Assembly (NCBI GenBank): GCA_013265495.1 | Contig: MU058198.1 | Span: 5,223,779 to 5,287,778, forward strand | Direction: 5' to 3' | From: Vicugna vicugna | Taxonomy: Eukaryota | DNA: 64,000 bases | In this document: piece by piece, positions 34,481 to 47,330 of the stretch | Layout: every line of letters starts with the position of its first letter | Numbering within the stretch: position 1 is the stretch's first letter | Translations under genes and position numbers: made by a program | The notes under the pieces: generated by a model | The model's database searches: none | The model's input: only the letters and a program-made list of their open reading frames with translations | Told to the model about the DNA's origin: nothing

Positions 34481-36939
34481 CATTCAATTAATATTTTTAA
34501 AAGAATGAGTTATATTTGAATGTATGTGGGTGTCACCTAATCTGTGTCAGGCTCTGCCACGGACACCGAGGACACTGAGGTGAACAGCATAGGCGTAGCG
34601 AGATTCAGAACTCCTCCAGATCAAACAAGTAGCAAGCAGCAGAACCAGAATCCCAACCCTAACCTTCAATTTTCAAATTTATTTTTCTGTTACACTCAGC
34701 TGCTTCCCAATTCACATGTCTTCATATTCAAAGAGGCTATTAACCTACCACATCACCGCCACCTGAGGCCTGCAAAGCAAGCAGACGGAGTTAGCATCTT
34801 TGTATATAAGGATCACTGGAGTTGGAACTCATCCATCCCAGGGAAATGCCATCCCCTGTCTTTCAAAGAGAAGACGAATGATTTTGCTCTCCTGCAGGGA
34901 GCATGCAGCTGAGATATAATGACCAAGGGACGAATTCTGGTTCTGTGTGATCCTGGCAATATGACTTCCCTTCTGGGGTCCTCATCTGTAAATTGAGGGG
35001 GATGAACGAACTGCTTCCAAGGCCCTTTTATCTTTCTTGAAAAGGGATCTACTTATGGTAGTTTCCCCCAAATAGACCTCAAAATTCTTGGAGTCTGGGA
35101 GCCCAGTAAAAAGAAATTAGGGAAACAAGATTTGAGTAACTGAAGTATAATAAAAAAAAAAAACTCCTTTTATTCTGCCTATCTGTTATTATATGGGATC
35201 TCACCCTCAGTTCTAATTAGCTGCAGCATTCTCCTAAATGCTTTAAGATACAGAAACGCAAGCTTTATTAGGAGAGAACACTCATGGACAATTGTGTTGG
35301 TGCATTCCTTGGGCTCTGTACAAGAGACACATTCACTTAGGAAAGACAGCCTTGGGTTTCTTTTCTCCATAATCTGGGTATAAGATAGTTAAAAACTTGA
35401 CCTCAGAAACCAGGAAAGATCTGGGTTTAACTCTTATTCCTTAACCTCTCTTATGCTATTTGTTTCTCTGTAAAATACAGGAGATTACAGTACTTTCCTC
35501 CTTGAGTGTGACCCTATGCATCCATGTCAAGCTTAGCTGCAAACCTGACAGGTAGGGAGATGCTCAGCTGATCAAGAATGAGACTCACAAGGCCAGAAAT
35601 GTGCTTCAACTCTTCAGAGTGTTACCATCCTGGCCTGGGTGGTAGAAGCACAGGGACTTTGTCACCTATAAGTAGTGTCATTTACCACTTTGTATTGGGT
35701 ACATCCCAACTGCAATGGGAGAGAGAGAGAGTGATGGGGAGTATTTGGAAAGTGTATTCGGGTACAGAGACAGCCAGGCAGTAGGCACTGAGCAAGCCAC
35801 TGGTTTTCACAGGAATTGCTGACAAGGGTCTCCTTCTCTCTCCCTCCTGCCTGACCCTCCACTTTGATGAGGGCTGGGTTGTTTTTGTAGGAAAATCCTA
35901 GCCTTGTGTTAGAAGGCATGCTTCCTCCTGAAAGCACGAGCAGGGAGCCTGAGGCTAAGGAGTCTGCAACGCAGTGCTGCCCCGCCCCACACCCCAGCTT
36001 TGACTCCTTTGTTTATAAGTCCAGAGCTCTAGCAGAGCCAGAACTTGGAGGAGATGCGAGGGACTCTGAGAACCAGCCCACATCACTAATTTATTACCAC
36101 CCCCCAAACATTATTGAAGAGTATTTAGCAAGCATATTTCCTGAAGGCTGTTCTCCTCGTAAGAAACCCCATTGGTGATTTAATTAAGCTTACATAAATG
36201 CTAAATGGGATTCAACCAGAATGGGATATTCTGATTTGTGTGTGTTGAAATACATTCCTTGTTCTGTTCTAATTGAATAGATTGAACACAGACTGTATTT
36301 GTTCTTATCCTGCAGCCACTTTCACAGTAGCAATAAATTGGAAATGTTATCTGGCTTGATATGCCAGTTTTTCGAGAAAATCACTCTGCCAGTGATGAGG
36401 GAATGGAGGAGCTAAAAACATCTTCGGTTTCAAAGTCGTATGTCACAAGCAAAAGAGACTCAGGAAAAAAAACTGTGGCCACTGCTGGCAAGGATAAGGT
36501 GAAACAGGTACTTGAGGTATAGCCAGTAATGTTGAAAATTAATATAACTCTATTGAAAAGTAAATTGGAGATATTAATAGAGAGCTTAAAGATTGCCATA
36601 ATGCTTTGGGTCTTCATTTAGGAATTCCACATAGGAAATCAAATCCAAGGAAACAACTACAATCTGGAAAGAAACTATACGCCTGAAGATGTTCATCATG
36701 GTGTTGACTATAGCAGCAACCTTCCTACTCCCCAAAAAAGAAATTTTGCAACAAATACAAAATAAGAAAAGATCGTCAGATATGACACGTTCTCAATAGA
36801 ATATTATGCAGCACCTAATATGGTGATGACAATAATTGTATGGAAGACTACATGAAGTATAATAGTAAGTTAAAAAACAAAATAAGATACACTTATACAG
36901 TATAAATGAACTTAGCCTAGAAATATGCTACTCAGCATG

Positions 36940-37192
36940 AAGCAGCCAGAATAGGCAAATTAATAAAGATGGAAAGACAAAGATAGGGATTGTCAGGGGC
37001 TGGAGGAAGGGGGGAGTGGAGAGTGACTGTTAATGGATATGGGGATTCCTTTTGGGTGATGAAAATGTTCTGAAACAAGATACTGGTGATGGTTGCACAA
37101 CACTAAATGTAACAACGTCACTGAGTTGTACACCTTAGAATGGTTACAATGGTAAGTTTTATGTTTTGTGTATCTACCACAATTTTAAAAAT
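36940..37192 (+). mobile_element. L1MB-type 3' end inside older L1ME fragments (~36570-37330)
   Basis: TTTTGGGTGATGAAAATGTTCTGAAAC ... GGTGATGGTTGCACAACAC ... TCTACCACAATTTTAAAAA. Confidence 0.85.
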
Positions 37193-37439
37193 ATATGACA
37201 AAGGATGAAAAATGAAAGAAAGTCTCCAGAAATGTAGCCAAAAAATAACAGCAGTTATTTTAGGAGAGTGGGATCATAGCTGAATTTTTCTATAGTTTTG
37301 AAATTTTCTGTAATGTTAGTACTACAGAAAGGCAGAATTAGACAGTATCAGAATTCAGCCAAGAATGCTAGGGGTCGGGACTTCCCTGTTCCCCAACCCC
37401 CACCCGCAGCCAGGGTCGAGGGTAATATACAGCATGGAA

Positions 37440-40335
37440 TGTACATTTTAGAAAAGGAGAAAGATTAACAGTCAATAGTCTAAGCGTCCATCTTTAAAAA
37501 ACGTGATAAAAAAGAGTAACACAAACCTAAAGCAAACAGAAAGAAAGAAATAATGAAAGTTAGAGCAGAAATGAATAAAATTGAAAGTAAGGAAATTGAT
37601 GGAGGAAGGCAATGACTCTGAAAGCTGGTGTTTGCACAGTTCAGTGAAACTGATAGACTTCTTGCCAAGAAAAAAACAGACAAGACAGAAATTACTAATA
37701 TCAAAAATGAAAGAGGGGACATCACTACTGATCCAGGAACATTAAAAGGATATTAAATAAATATCATGAAAGTCTCTATGCCTCCAAATTTGATTAAATA
37801 AATTCCATTGAAAGACATAAACCACCAAAGCTCATGCAAGGAGAAATAGAGAAATAGACACTCTAAGTAAGCCTAGAGCTATTAAATTGTCAGCTATCTG
37901 CTTAAGAAGAAAGAACCAGGCACAGGCGGTTTCACTGGTGAATTCGTTCAAAGGGGAAAATGATACCTATTCTCTACAGTGTGTTTGAGAAAATAAAAGC
38001 AGAGAGAACACCGCCTAACTCATTCTGTGAGGCCAGCGTTACCTTAATATCAAACACAGATAAAGACATTGTAAGGAAGGGAAATTACACATCGACACCT
38101 CCCACAAACATAGACGCAAAATCCTCAACAACGCATTAGAAAATAGAATTCAACAATGTATAGAATTAATTATACACCATGACCAAGTAGGATTTATTCC
38201 AGGCAAACATGGGTGGTTCACTGAAAATCAAATTGAAATCAAATTGAAATCACACTGAAAATCAAATAATGCAATCTGTCATATCAACAGGTAAAAAAAT
38301 TAAAATCACATGAGCATATCAACAAAAAGAGAAAAAGCATTTGACAAAATCCAACACCCATTCATAATAAAAACTCTCAGACAACTTCAACTTGACAAAA
38401 AAAAAAATCTGAAGAAACCTACAGCTAAAATTATACTTAATGGTGAGAAAATAAAAGCCTTCTTCCTCAGATCAGGAACTAAGCAATGATGTTCCGTCTG
38501 ACCACTCCTAGTCAGCTTTGTGCGGGAAGTTCTGGCTAATGCCGTAACATAAGGAAGGGAAATGAGACGTATAAGGAGGAAGAAAATAAAGCTGTCTCTG
38601 TTTGCAGGTCACATGATTGTCTAGGTAGAATATCCCGAGTAATCAACAGAAATCTTCAGGAACTGGTAAGCGGTTATAGCAAGGTCACAGTATATGGGAT
38701 TAACATATAAAAGTCAATTTTCATGGGCACCAGAAATTAACAATTGGAATGTGAAGTTAAAAATGAAATACAATGCTGTATCAGGACCAAAAAAAAAAAA
38801 AACAACTTTAGGCATAATTCTAACCAAATGTATATATAGGATCAGTATGAGGAAAACCAGGAAACTATGATGAAAGAAATCAAGAAGACCTAAATAAAAA
38901 AGAGAGAGTCCATATTCATAATTAGAAGACTCAATATTGTTAGGAAACCAGTTCTTCCTAAATTAATCTATACGTTCAGTGCAATCACAGCCAAAATCTG
39001 ACCAAGTTATTTTGGAGATATTGACAAACTGATTCTAAAGTTTATATGGAAAGGCAAAAGACACAGACTCTTCTGATAAAGGACTTTTACCCAAATATAC
39101 AAAGAGCTCTTAGAACTCAACATTGAGGAAACTAACAACTCAATTTAGAAGTAAAAATGGGCAAAAGGTCTGACACATACCTCTCCTCACAAGACATGCA
39201 AATGGCAAAAAAGCATACGAAAATATGCCTTTCTTCCACATGCTCAACAGCACGTATCAGGGAATTGCAAATTAAGACAACAAGATACTATTAGACACCG
39301 ATTAGCATGACAAAAATCCAAAAAGAAGAAAAAAAAAAACCTGACAATACCAAATGCTGGCAAGGATGCGGAGCAGGAGGAATACTTATTCATTGCTGGT
39401 GGGAAGACTAAATGGTACAGTCCCTTTGGAAGACAGAATGGGAATTTCTTACACAAAGCTGAACATAGCCTTACCATATGATGCAAACATTATGCTTCTA
39501 GGTATTTACCCCAAATAGTTGAAAACCTATGTACACAGAAAAACCTGCGCACAGCTTTATAGCAGCTTTATTTATAAAAAGCCTAAATGTGGAAGCAACT
39601 GAGACACTCTTCAATAAGTGAGTGAATAACCCATGATATATTTATATAATAGAATATTATTTAGCCATGAAAAGAAGTTATCAAGCCCTGAAGAAACATG
39701 GAAGAACTTGAAATGAATTTTTGATTTTTTAAAAACTTTTTTGGGGGGAAGGCTATTTATTTATTTATTTTTAGTGGAGGTGCTGGGGATTGAACCCAAG
39801 ACCTTGTGCATGCTAGGCATGCACTCTACCTCTGAGCTATGCCCTCCCCTCCTGAAATGCATTCTTTTTTCTCAGTGGAAGAAGCCAGTCTGGAAAACCT
39901 ACTACATAGTTCTAACCACATGACATTTTGGAAGAAGACAAAACTATAGAGACAGTAAAAAACAAAGACCAGTGGTTGCCCCAGGTTTGTGGGGAAGGCA
40001 GGGTGGGATGAAAATTGAAGCATAGGAAATTTGGGGGTGATGAAGCTATTCTGCATGTTACGATAATGGTGGGTACATGCCATGTACTTGTCAAAACTCA
40101 TAGAAGTGTGCAACACCAAGAAAGAACCTTACTGTAAACTAAGGACTTTAGTAAATAATGATGTTTGATACTTGTAACAAGTGAAACACAAATGCAAGCT
40201 GTTCATCATAGGGCCAATGATATGCTGAGAGGATAGAGCGGAGGTGGGGTGTGTATATGGAACTCTGTGCGTTATCTGTTCAATTTTCTTGTAAAACTAC
40301 AAATGTACTTAAAAAAAATGAAGCCTATTAATTTT
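37440..40335 (+). mobile_element. ~2.9-kb L1MC-type element (decayed ORF2 RT region, internal deletion near 39065, 3' UTR)
   Basis: ACACCATGACCAAGTAGGATTTATTCCAGG, AAAAGCATTTGACAAAATCCAACACCCATTCAT, CTGTTTGCAGGTCACATGATTGTCTA (FADDMI region); L1MC-type 3' end; many stops and frameshifts. Confidence 0.92.
39720..39852 (-). mobile_element. Vic-1-like tRNA-derived SINE inserted in L1MC
   Basis: GTGCTGGGGATTGAACCCAAGACCTTGTGCATGCTAGGCATGCACTCTACCTCTGAGCTATGCCC; TSD TGAAATG(A/C)ATT at 39709-39719 and 39853-39863. Confidence 0.9.
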
Positions 40336-43300
40336 TTTTGGAAAAGTTGGTCATGGGTGCTGAGGGAATCTATACCTTATTCCTAACGGAGAATGCCATC
40401 AAGCAAGGGTGGAGATATCTTGGAAATGAACCCTTCCTTCAAATTTATTAGTATTTCTGCTCAAAGATTTCATTTGGTGATTGCATCATCTTTGCGTGGT
40501 TTTTGTCACCTGCTGACGAGTGAGTTGCAATTGTCATTCCGATCAACTTGACAGGCAGTGTGCTGTTTGGATGGGCCACCTTACGGAATAACGGACAAGC
40601 CTGCATTTCTGGAGTCCATCTGCCTGGGTGCACTGTCAGCCCATGAGCCTATGAGTCTGAGTTTCAACAACTGATGTGGGTGAATGTTAGTACTTACCTC
40701 AAAGACAGTTGTGAGGATTAAGTAAATTAATCCCTGGCTCCTAGTAAGTGTTCAATACATGTGACTGCTATTTTTATTATTTATATGTCTTACCAGCACT
40801 CATATCAAATAAGGGAAAGATTAAAAAAAAAAACAAAGAAACAAAACTCCAGCTCAAATTATATTCGGGCTGTCGAAGTGGAAACATTGCCCAGGGGGCA
40901 GAAAAAGGAGAGAAAGACCGGTCAAAATGATTTGAAATAGCCTCTGCCCTTTCTCTGAGTGCCTAATATAGCTCCTTTCAAATCCCTTTAATAGTCCCCT
41001 TTTGTAAACTTGACCCTAACCTTGTATTTTCCTGGATAGAATATAATACTGAAGTCTGAGACCTTACCTCTTAGGTTCTCAGTGACCCCTGCCCTGAACC
41101 TCCCACCTCTTAAACCAGAATCGGGAAGGACCCGGAACCTTAACACAGTGCTTGCTTATTGTGCAGCCTTTTTGTGTTTATATTCGGCTCCACATGCCTG
41201 AGGCCCCTGACAGGGAGAAAGAACACTTTCAGAAAAGAAACAGCATTACTGTCTTATGCTTTGCTTGCTAGAAACTGTAAACAGAATCCCCTTTCTTCAC
41301 TTCTGGAAGCTTAAAGCACAGAAGTTGCTTTCCCTTAAGTCTTCATATCATAGGACTTGAAAGGGATCCCAAAGGGCTTTATCTTCACCAGGCACCAAGG
41401 TCCCCTCCATGGACATGTTTCCAGACAGTTCCTTGCCCTCCACGTTTGAGACTTGCTTCTGCTCTCAAGGTCCCCGGAGTGGCTGTAGCAGCCATGGAAC
41501 ACTGGTAACTTGGGGTGAGCTTCCCGCAGACATGTTACCGTTGCTGACACCTCTCTGCTCGCCCATCCTTGCTAGGCTGCTTTTGAAAGCAAGCTCTGGT
41601 CCTTTTCATTGCATCTTCCCCCAAATAAAGGAGAAGAGCTCATCTCACCATTCTGTATGATTCCCTTTACGTGGCCCACATGGATTGCTCAATAAAGCAC
41701 AAAAACCCTTCTGTCCCCCTCTCTCTACCTCTTCCCTCTTTCACTGTTGAATTGAAAACTCATACATTAGGCATGTACTTTAAGATATTTTGCCACTTCC
41801 TTAAATTGTAGAGCAGAAAGGAAAAAGAAAAAAAAAAGGGCATCTGCTCAAATTGACATTTCCATCTCAGCTCACTCATTTGAGAGTGACAGGCTATCAT
41901 TTGCCAACAGGTTCACATCCAAACGCACAGGTGAGTGCTGACATCCTGCCATTTGTCCACCATTGCCGTCCCGGGCTCACGCGTGCTACCCAGGAGGCCA
42001 TGCTTAGGTCAGCAGTGACTGCAGTGAAAAACATGAAAAAAGAAAAAGGCTCTTGACTTCCTTAAGCTTCTTAATGGGCCAAACACAATGATGTACTGAG
42101 GTTTATTCGGTGGAGCAGGTGGGTGGATGCAACCACGCGTTGGAACGCTGCACTGGTGGAGGAAAGCTGACTTTCTTCTTCTGACCACTCACTCTGGGGC
42201 AAACACACTTAACCTTTGACGCTGTGAGTGAACTCTGTAGCCAGGAAAGCCAGGATTATCTCCTGGCTCCAGAGAGCTGTCCAAGGTGAGAGAGAACATG
42301 TAGCTGAGAAGGCGGCAAGTGCTTCCTGCTTCCAGTGGTGCTCCCCAGTGTGTCTGGGAGCGTCCCCTAACCAAACCTGTGTTCACTTGCTAACTTGTCA
42401 ATTGTCTGGCCAAGAAGGGACCATATTTACTTTACTTTTTTATTTTTCCCTTCACTTTTGTTTTCTTTGCTCTCTGTTTCTTCCTACCTCTGCTTTCTTC
42501 CACCTGGATTCAATTTTCTTCTTGCTAGGTTACAGCCTTTTGAGGTTCTTTCAAGCAAGTGTCTCTTCAGTAGTAAATTCTCTTAGTCCTTTTGTAGTTT
42601 TTAATATAGTTTCTTTTGTCATTTTTGCCTGTAATGCCACTTTCAGTGGGAGCTGCCACCCACGGGAACTGTGCACATGCACATTTGGTAGGAATGCCAC
42701 AGTCTGGTTCCACAGTTGCTTCTGCCAGAAATTCCCCGGTCCCTGGCTAGTCTTTACGTTAATTTTATGGCTTGGAGTGTCTGCTCTGTGTGAGGATTTA
42801 GAGCTCTCAGTTCTACCATCTACATCCCATGCACATCCAGGGTCCTAACACGTTATGAATAACTACTTTCTCTCAGCGACCTGGGAAGACGTTCACTTCT
42901 GGGGTCTGTCCTGGGGCTGGAAAGCAGTTTCTCCTCCCTGTTTACAGACATAGCATCTCTCTTGGCACCCTCATTTATTCAGGGGTCCCCATTCCTGGTT
43001 CTTGTAGCCTGCAGAGACCACAGCTTTGACTACAGTTTCTCCGAGAGCGTCTATATCCCAGACTCAGGGTCAGATCCTGCTCTTCACTGAGCCTGTAAGG
43101 TCCCTCGTCCTCTCTAGATCACCTAACGATCACCCTCTTGGCTTTAGCATCATATTGTATTGTATTTATATGAAATAATTCTATCTAGGAATGTAGTGGT
43201 TTTGAGCACAGACAAAGGGTGTTGCACAATGTTTTTGCTTCGCATTGTTTACCAGCAAAACCACACGGACTTTCAGCACCTGCTTTCTGCAGCGTTCTGT

Positions 43301-44523
43301 TCCCACTTTTAAGCTTGGCATACCACCCAGGTTTACAAGAAGGTAGCCATTTATGGACTCTCTTACCAGTCAGGACTCTAGCCAGTCATGGCCTTCAAAC
43401 CCATACTGCAGGGACTTCATGAAATTGAGATGTTTTGAGGGACATTTGGGACACTTGTTTTGAGAACCAAGATCTTTGTGTGGCTTCCAAGCACATAACT
43501 GAGCTCTGACTTTTACCAGGTCCAGTTCTGGGTCCATGGGCAGCTATTTCAAAAAGGAGCAAAGAGAAAATGGTGTGAGGATGCTGCACATAGCATGAAA
43601 TAGCCAGTGTCTTTGGGTTGATCATAGCTAACATGCCTTGCTTTCCTGTTTTAGTCCACTGTTTCCTGTTAAATCCAAAGCCTCTTTTTCTTTAAAGACA
43701 TGAAATTTGGTTTTGTCATTATCGTTTTTGGCAACCAAAAGAGTGAGTCAGTCTTCCTGGTTCAAAGAAAGAAGAAAAGGGGGTTCAGACATCAGAATTA
43801 GGGATTAATGTCTCAGCAGCCAACCTGAGGAAATACTCTTTTGATTAGAGACGACTTGAATGGTCAGTGGTTATAAAGTTGCTGCTTTTTCTCCTCTGCC
43901 AAATGGATTGGTCCACTTGGGGTGTGAATGTGTGAATGTTGCTCTGAAAGGACTTACTTGCTCGAATGATGCTGTAAGACACACACCACACAGAACCAGC
44001 ATGGACAGGGAAAGAGGCTTCTGAACAGAGGGCAGAGTTTGGCAAAGGAGACCCCTCATTTCTCTGCGAGGCATCCTGTCTGAAGCAGAGAGTCAAACAA
44101 AGCAGTTTCAAAATCCCTTTTCCCCACAGGAGTCTACAGCACCGATTCTTGGAGTAGAAAGGACTTCTTTGAGTGGTAATTTATTGCACTGCATATTAGC
44201 TTCTGACTTTTCTCCAGGCATCTCCCAGCCTGTGGAGGGAATGCACGGTTATCGAGTGCTTAATCTCTGTCAGGCAGGAGTTTGATTCATTCTTGACACA
44301 ACTGACAGAGTGATCTTTTAAAAGTAACATTAAGTATTCTGTTCTCCTTTAAAGATTACTCAAGTGATATTTCCTTTGCGTTCAGAAAAATTCACCTTTT
44401 TATTCTGACCATCCAACTTCTTATCTTGACCTACTTGATCTGACCACTGTTTCCTCACCTGCTTCGTAACTTACCACACCTCCCCTTGCTTATTACAGTT
44501 CAACTTCTGTGTGTTTTCTTTCC

Positions 44524-44563
44524 ATAGATAGATAGATAGATAGATAGATAGACAGATCGACAG
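44524..44563 (+). repeat. (GATA)n microsatellite at the L1 tail position
   Basis: Seen directly. Confidence 0.95.
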
Positions 44564-44564
44564 A

Positions 44565-45353
44565 GGTAGCATCTCTTAGTATGAGGTCTACCCACTAACA
44601 ATTTTTTAAGTGCACAATTCAATATCATTGACTACAGGCACAATGTCATACAGCAGATCTCCAGAACTTAGTCATCTTGCATAACTGAAACCTTTTTAAC
44701 TCCTGATTAGCAACTCCCATTTCCCCCTTCTCCAAGCCCCTGGCAATCACTATTCTGCTCTCTGCTGCTATGAATTTGAGTGTTTTGGACACCTCATATA
44801 AGTGGAATCATACAGTATTTATCCTCTATGACAGATTTATTTCACTTACCATAATGTCCTCAGGGTTCATCCATGTAGTTACATATGGCAGGATTTAAAG
44901 GAGAACACTCCACTGTATGTAGAAAACGCATTTTCCTTATTCATTCCTCTGTTGATGGACATTCAGATTGTTTCCACATCTTGGCTATGGTGCATCATGC
45001 TGCAATGAACATGGGAGTTCTTCTCTTTCTTTGAGATCCGAATTTCAATGCTTTGGGATAAATTCCTAGAAGTGGGATTTTGGGATCATATGGTATTTCT
45101 ATATTTTTTTATTTTGAAGAAACCCCATGTTGTTTACCACAGTGGCTGCACTATTTTGGATTACCACTGACAATGGACAAGGATTCCAGTTGCTTTATAT
45201 CCTTGCCAACAGGATTTAAGTAGACATATCTCCAAAGGAGACACAAAAATGGCCAACAGGTGCATGAAAAGATGCTCAACATCACTAATCATCAAGGACG
45301 TGCAAATTAAAGCCACAGTGAGAAATCACCTCACGTCTACCAGGAAGGCTATT
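44565..45353 (-). mobile_element. L1MA-type insertion with 5' inversion (44565-45211 minus; 45212-45353 plus)
   Basis: Minus-strand 3' UTR and ORF2 end (TTGATGGACATTCAGATTGTTTCCACATCTTGGCTAT), then plus-strand upstream ORF2 (ATGAAAAGATGCTCAACATCACTAATCATCA). Confidence 0.88.
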
Positions 45354-45749
45354 GTTCTTTCTGTTTCTTGATGTTTCTCCGCTCAGTCCCACCCTGGGGA
45401 ATCCATGCCTGCTGTTCCTTTTGTCTGGGACAATTTTCTTCTAAATTATCATCCAGTTGTCTTCCTCTAGTCACTGAAATCTCAACTCAACTCCAATTTT
45501 ACTTACTCAGAGAGTAAGAGAAGCTGAAGAGAACTTCAGAGAAGCTGATCTATTAGAAGTGGTCTTTCCTGTAACCAATCACATCAGCCTGTTTTATTTT
45601 CTTTGTGGCTCTTACCACCATCTGCAATCATTCTCTTCATTTATTTGTTTACTGTCTCTCTCCCCCACCGTAAAGTAAGTACCGTAAGAAGAGGAGTTTT
45701 GATTGTCTTACTATTGTATCTTCTATGCCTAGATCCGTTCCATCATTGG

Positions 45750-46000
45750 TAAACATAGTGGTCAAGAACGTGGCCTCCACAGCCAGCTGTTCTGGGTTTA
45801 AATCGAAAGGTCTGCAATTCACTTGCTGTGTGACCTTCTTCTGTTGCTGAACCTCTCTGTGCCTCACTTTTCTCACTTGTAAAATGTTGATAATAACAGT
45901 GATTCTTACTAGGTTATTTTAGGGATTGAAAGAGTTGATACATATGAAGTTCTTTAAACATTACCTGATACCTAGTAAGCAGCCAGCAGATGCCAGTTAT
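45750..46000 (+). mobile_element. MIR SINE, near full length
   Basis: CATAGTGGTCAAGAACGTGG ... AACCTCTCTGTGCCTCACTTTTCTCACTTGTAAAATG. Confidence 0.88.
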
Positions 46001-47139
46001 CATCTGGGATCACACATATGGTGAGTGAAGGGATAAATAAATCAGGTTTTCCTGTATAGATTTCATTTACTTCTCATGGCAAATGTGCTTATATCCACTT
46101 TATGAGTGATGTTAAGAAAATTACCTGGGTCTTCACAGCAAGAATGACATGGAGCAAGGATTCCCTCTCAGGTCTACTGATTCCAAATTTCAGGCACTTA
46201 ACTATCACATGAAGCACAGTCTTCCCTTATTCTCCTGTCCTCTGCTGTCACCCATCTCTGCGTTGTGTGTTGGCCTTGCCCCGGGGTCAATGGTCCTGAA
46301 ACCTCTGTTTCCCTGGCCTCAGTGGCTGCTGTCAGCCTGTGCCTTGATCTTGAATTAATCCCCCATTTGCTCCTGTACATGCTACCGAGTGTATTTGCCA
46401 CTCAGGCCTGTTAATCCCAGCCTCTTTCCCAGCAGCCCGTGACGACCCTCAACCAGGAGTGACAAAAGGGAATTACAGAGAGGAACACCTCCCCGTTGAT
46501 TCTGACACTGTCCCTAGCTATGTCAATTGAAAAAGTGGCAGTGATCCCCCTGGTCTTCGCATCCCTGATTGGCTCTCTCTTTGCACTGAATTATCTTGCC
46601 CAGCAAGGTGGCAGAAATGCCCCTACTGTTTTTGTAAAGCTGCCTTTCAACTCCACTTTCTATTGACTTCTGCCTTCAAGATCTAGGGGGAAAAATAAAA
46701 GTAAACATTTCTCCAGGAAGAAAAAGGTCTGACTTCCTATTAGGTTGGAGACCGTGGCACAAGTTTTTGATCTAATCTGGGTTCTGTAATACATCAGGCC
46801 CATATACCAGCACTGAGTTTGATGTGTATTGTGCCAGAATACATGAAATTCAGACTTCCCTGGAAGTTCTTGAGATAAACCTTGCAAATGTTCCACCATT
46901 TCCCCATGCATAGCCCTTACATGCTCCAAACTTTGGTCTACTCTTTGTGCAAGTCGGCACCTTGAACTTGGCATATAGTGGATACTGAGTAAACAAACTT
47001 TAATTGGGAACAGTGTTGACCATTCTCTTACCACTAAAGTCTAGCCATTTGCAGATTTTTGATGAAGTGGTCTGTAACACTGAGTTCTTCCTGAATGTGT
47101 TATCAAGATATGAATTATGGATTAGCCCCTTCATTCTTT

Positions 47140-47330
47140 TTTCCATTTATTATTCAGTCGACAAACACTCACTGAGAACCTGCTATACACCAGGCCCTCT
47201 GTTGGACACTGGAGATGCAACAATGAACAAAATACATTCCAAGGGGAGATTGGAGACTAATGAGGATTATAATTATATTATAATTATAAAGTAATTATAA
47301 TACAGAACAACACATCCCGGGTGTGAAGAG
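47140..47330 (-). mobile_element. L2 3' end
   Basis: ATTCAGTCGACAAACACTCACTGAGAACCTGCTATACACCAGGCCCTCTG. Confidence 0.7.

Larger units (their letters stand above)
44290..45750 (+). mobile_element. L2 3' region, split by an L1MA insertion
   Basis: CAGAGTGATCTTTTAAAAG before the L1; CTGCTGTTCCTTTTGTCTGG ... TTTATTTGTTTACTGTCTCTC after it. Confidence 0.7.

Noticed and set aside
42274..42293. RE1-like AGAGCTGTCCAAGGTGAGAG
   Set aside because: Only one half-site is intact; GGTGCTGA is not matched.
42228..42848. 206-aa hydrophobic ORF resembling a membrane protein
   Set aside because: GTG start; hydrophobicity is explained by T-rich sequence, probably the antisense of an old L1/HAL1 fragment; no known motif.
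46598..46613. CTCF-like CCCAGCAAGGTGGCAG
   Set aside because: Mismatch at the near-invariant core C; not supportable without a PWM score.
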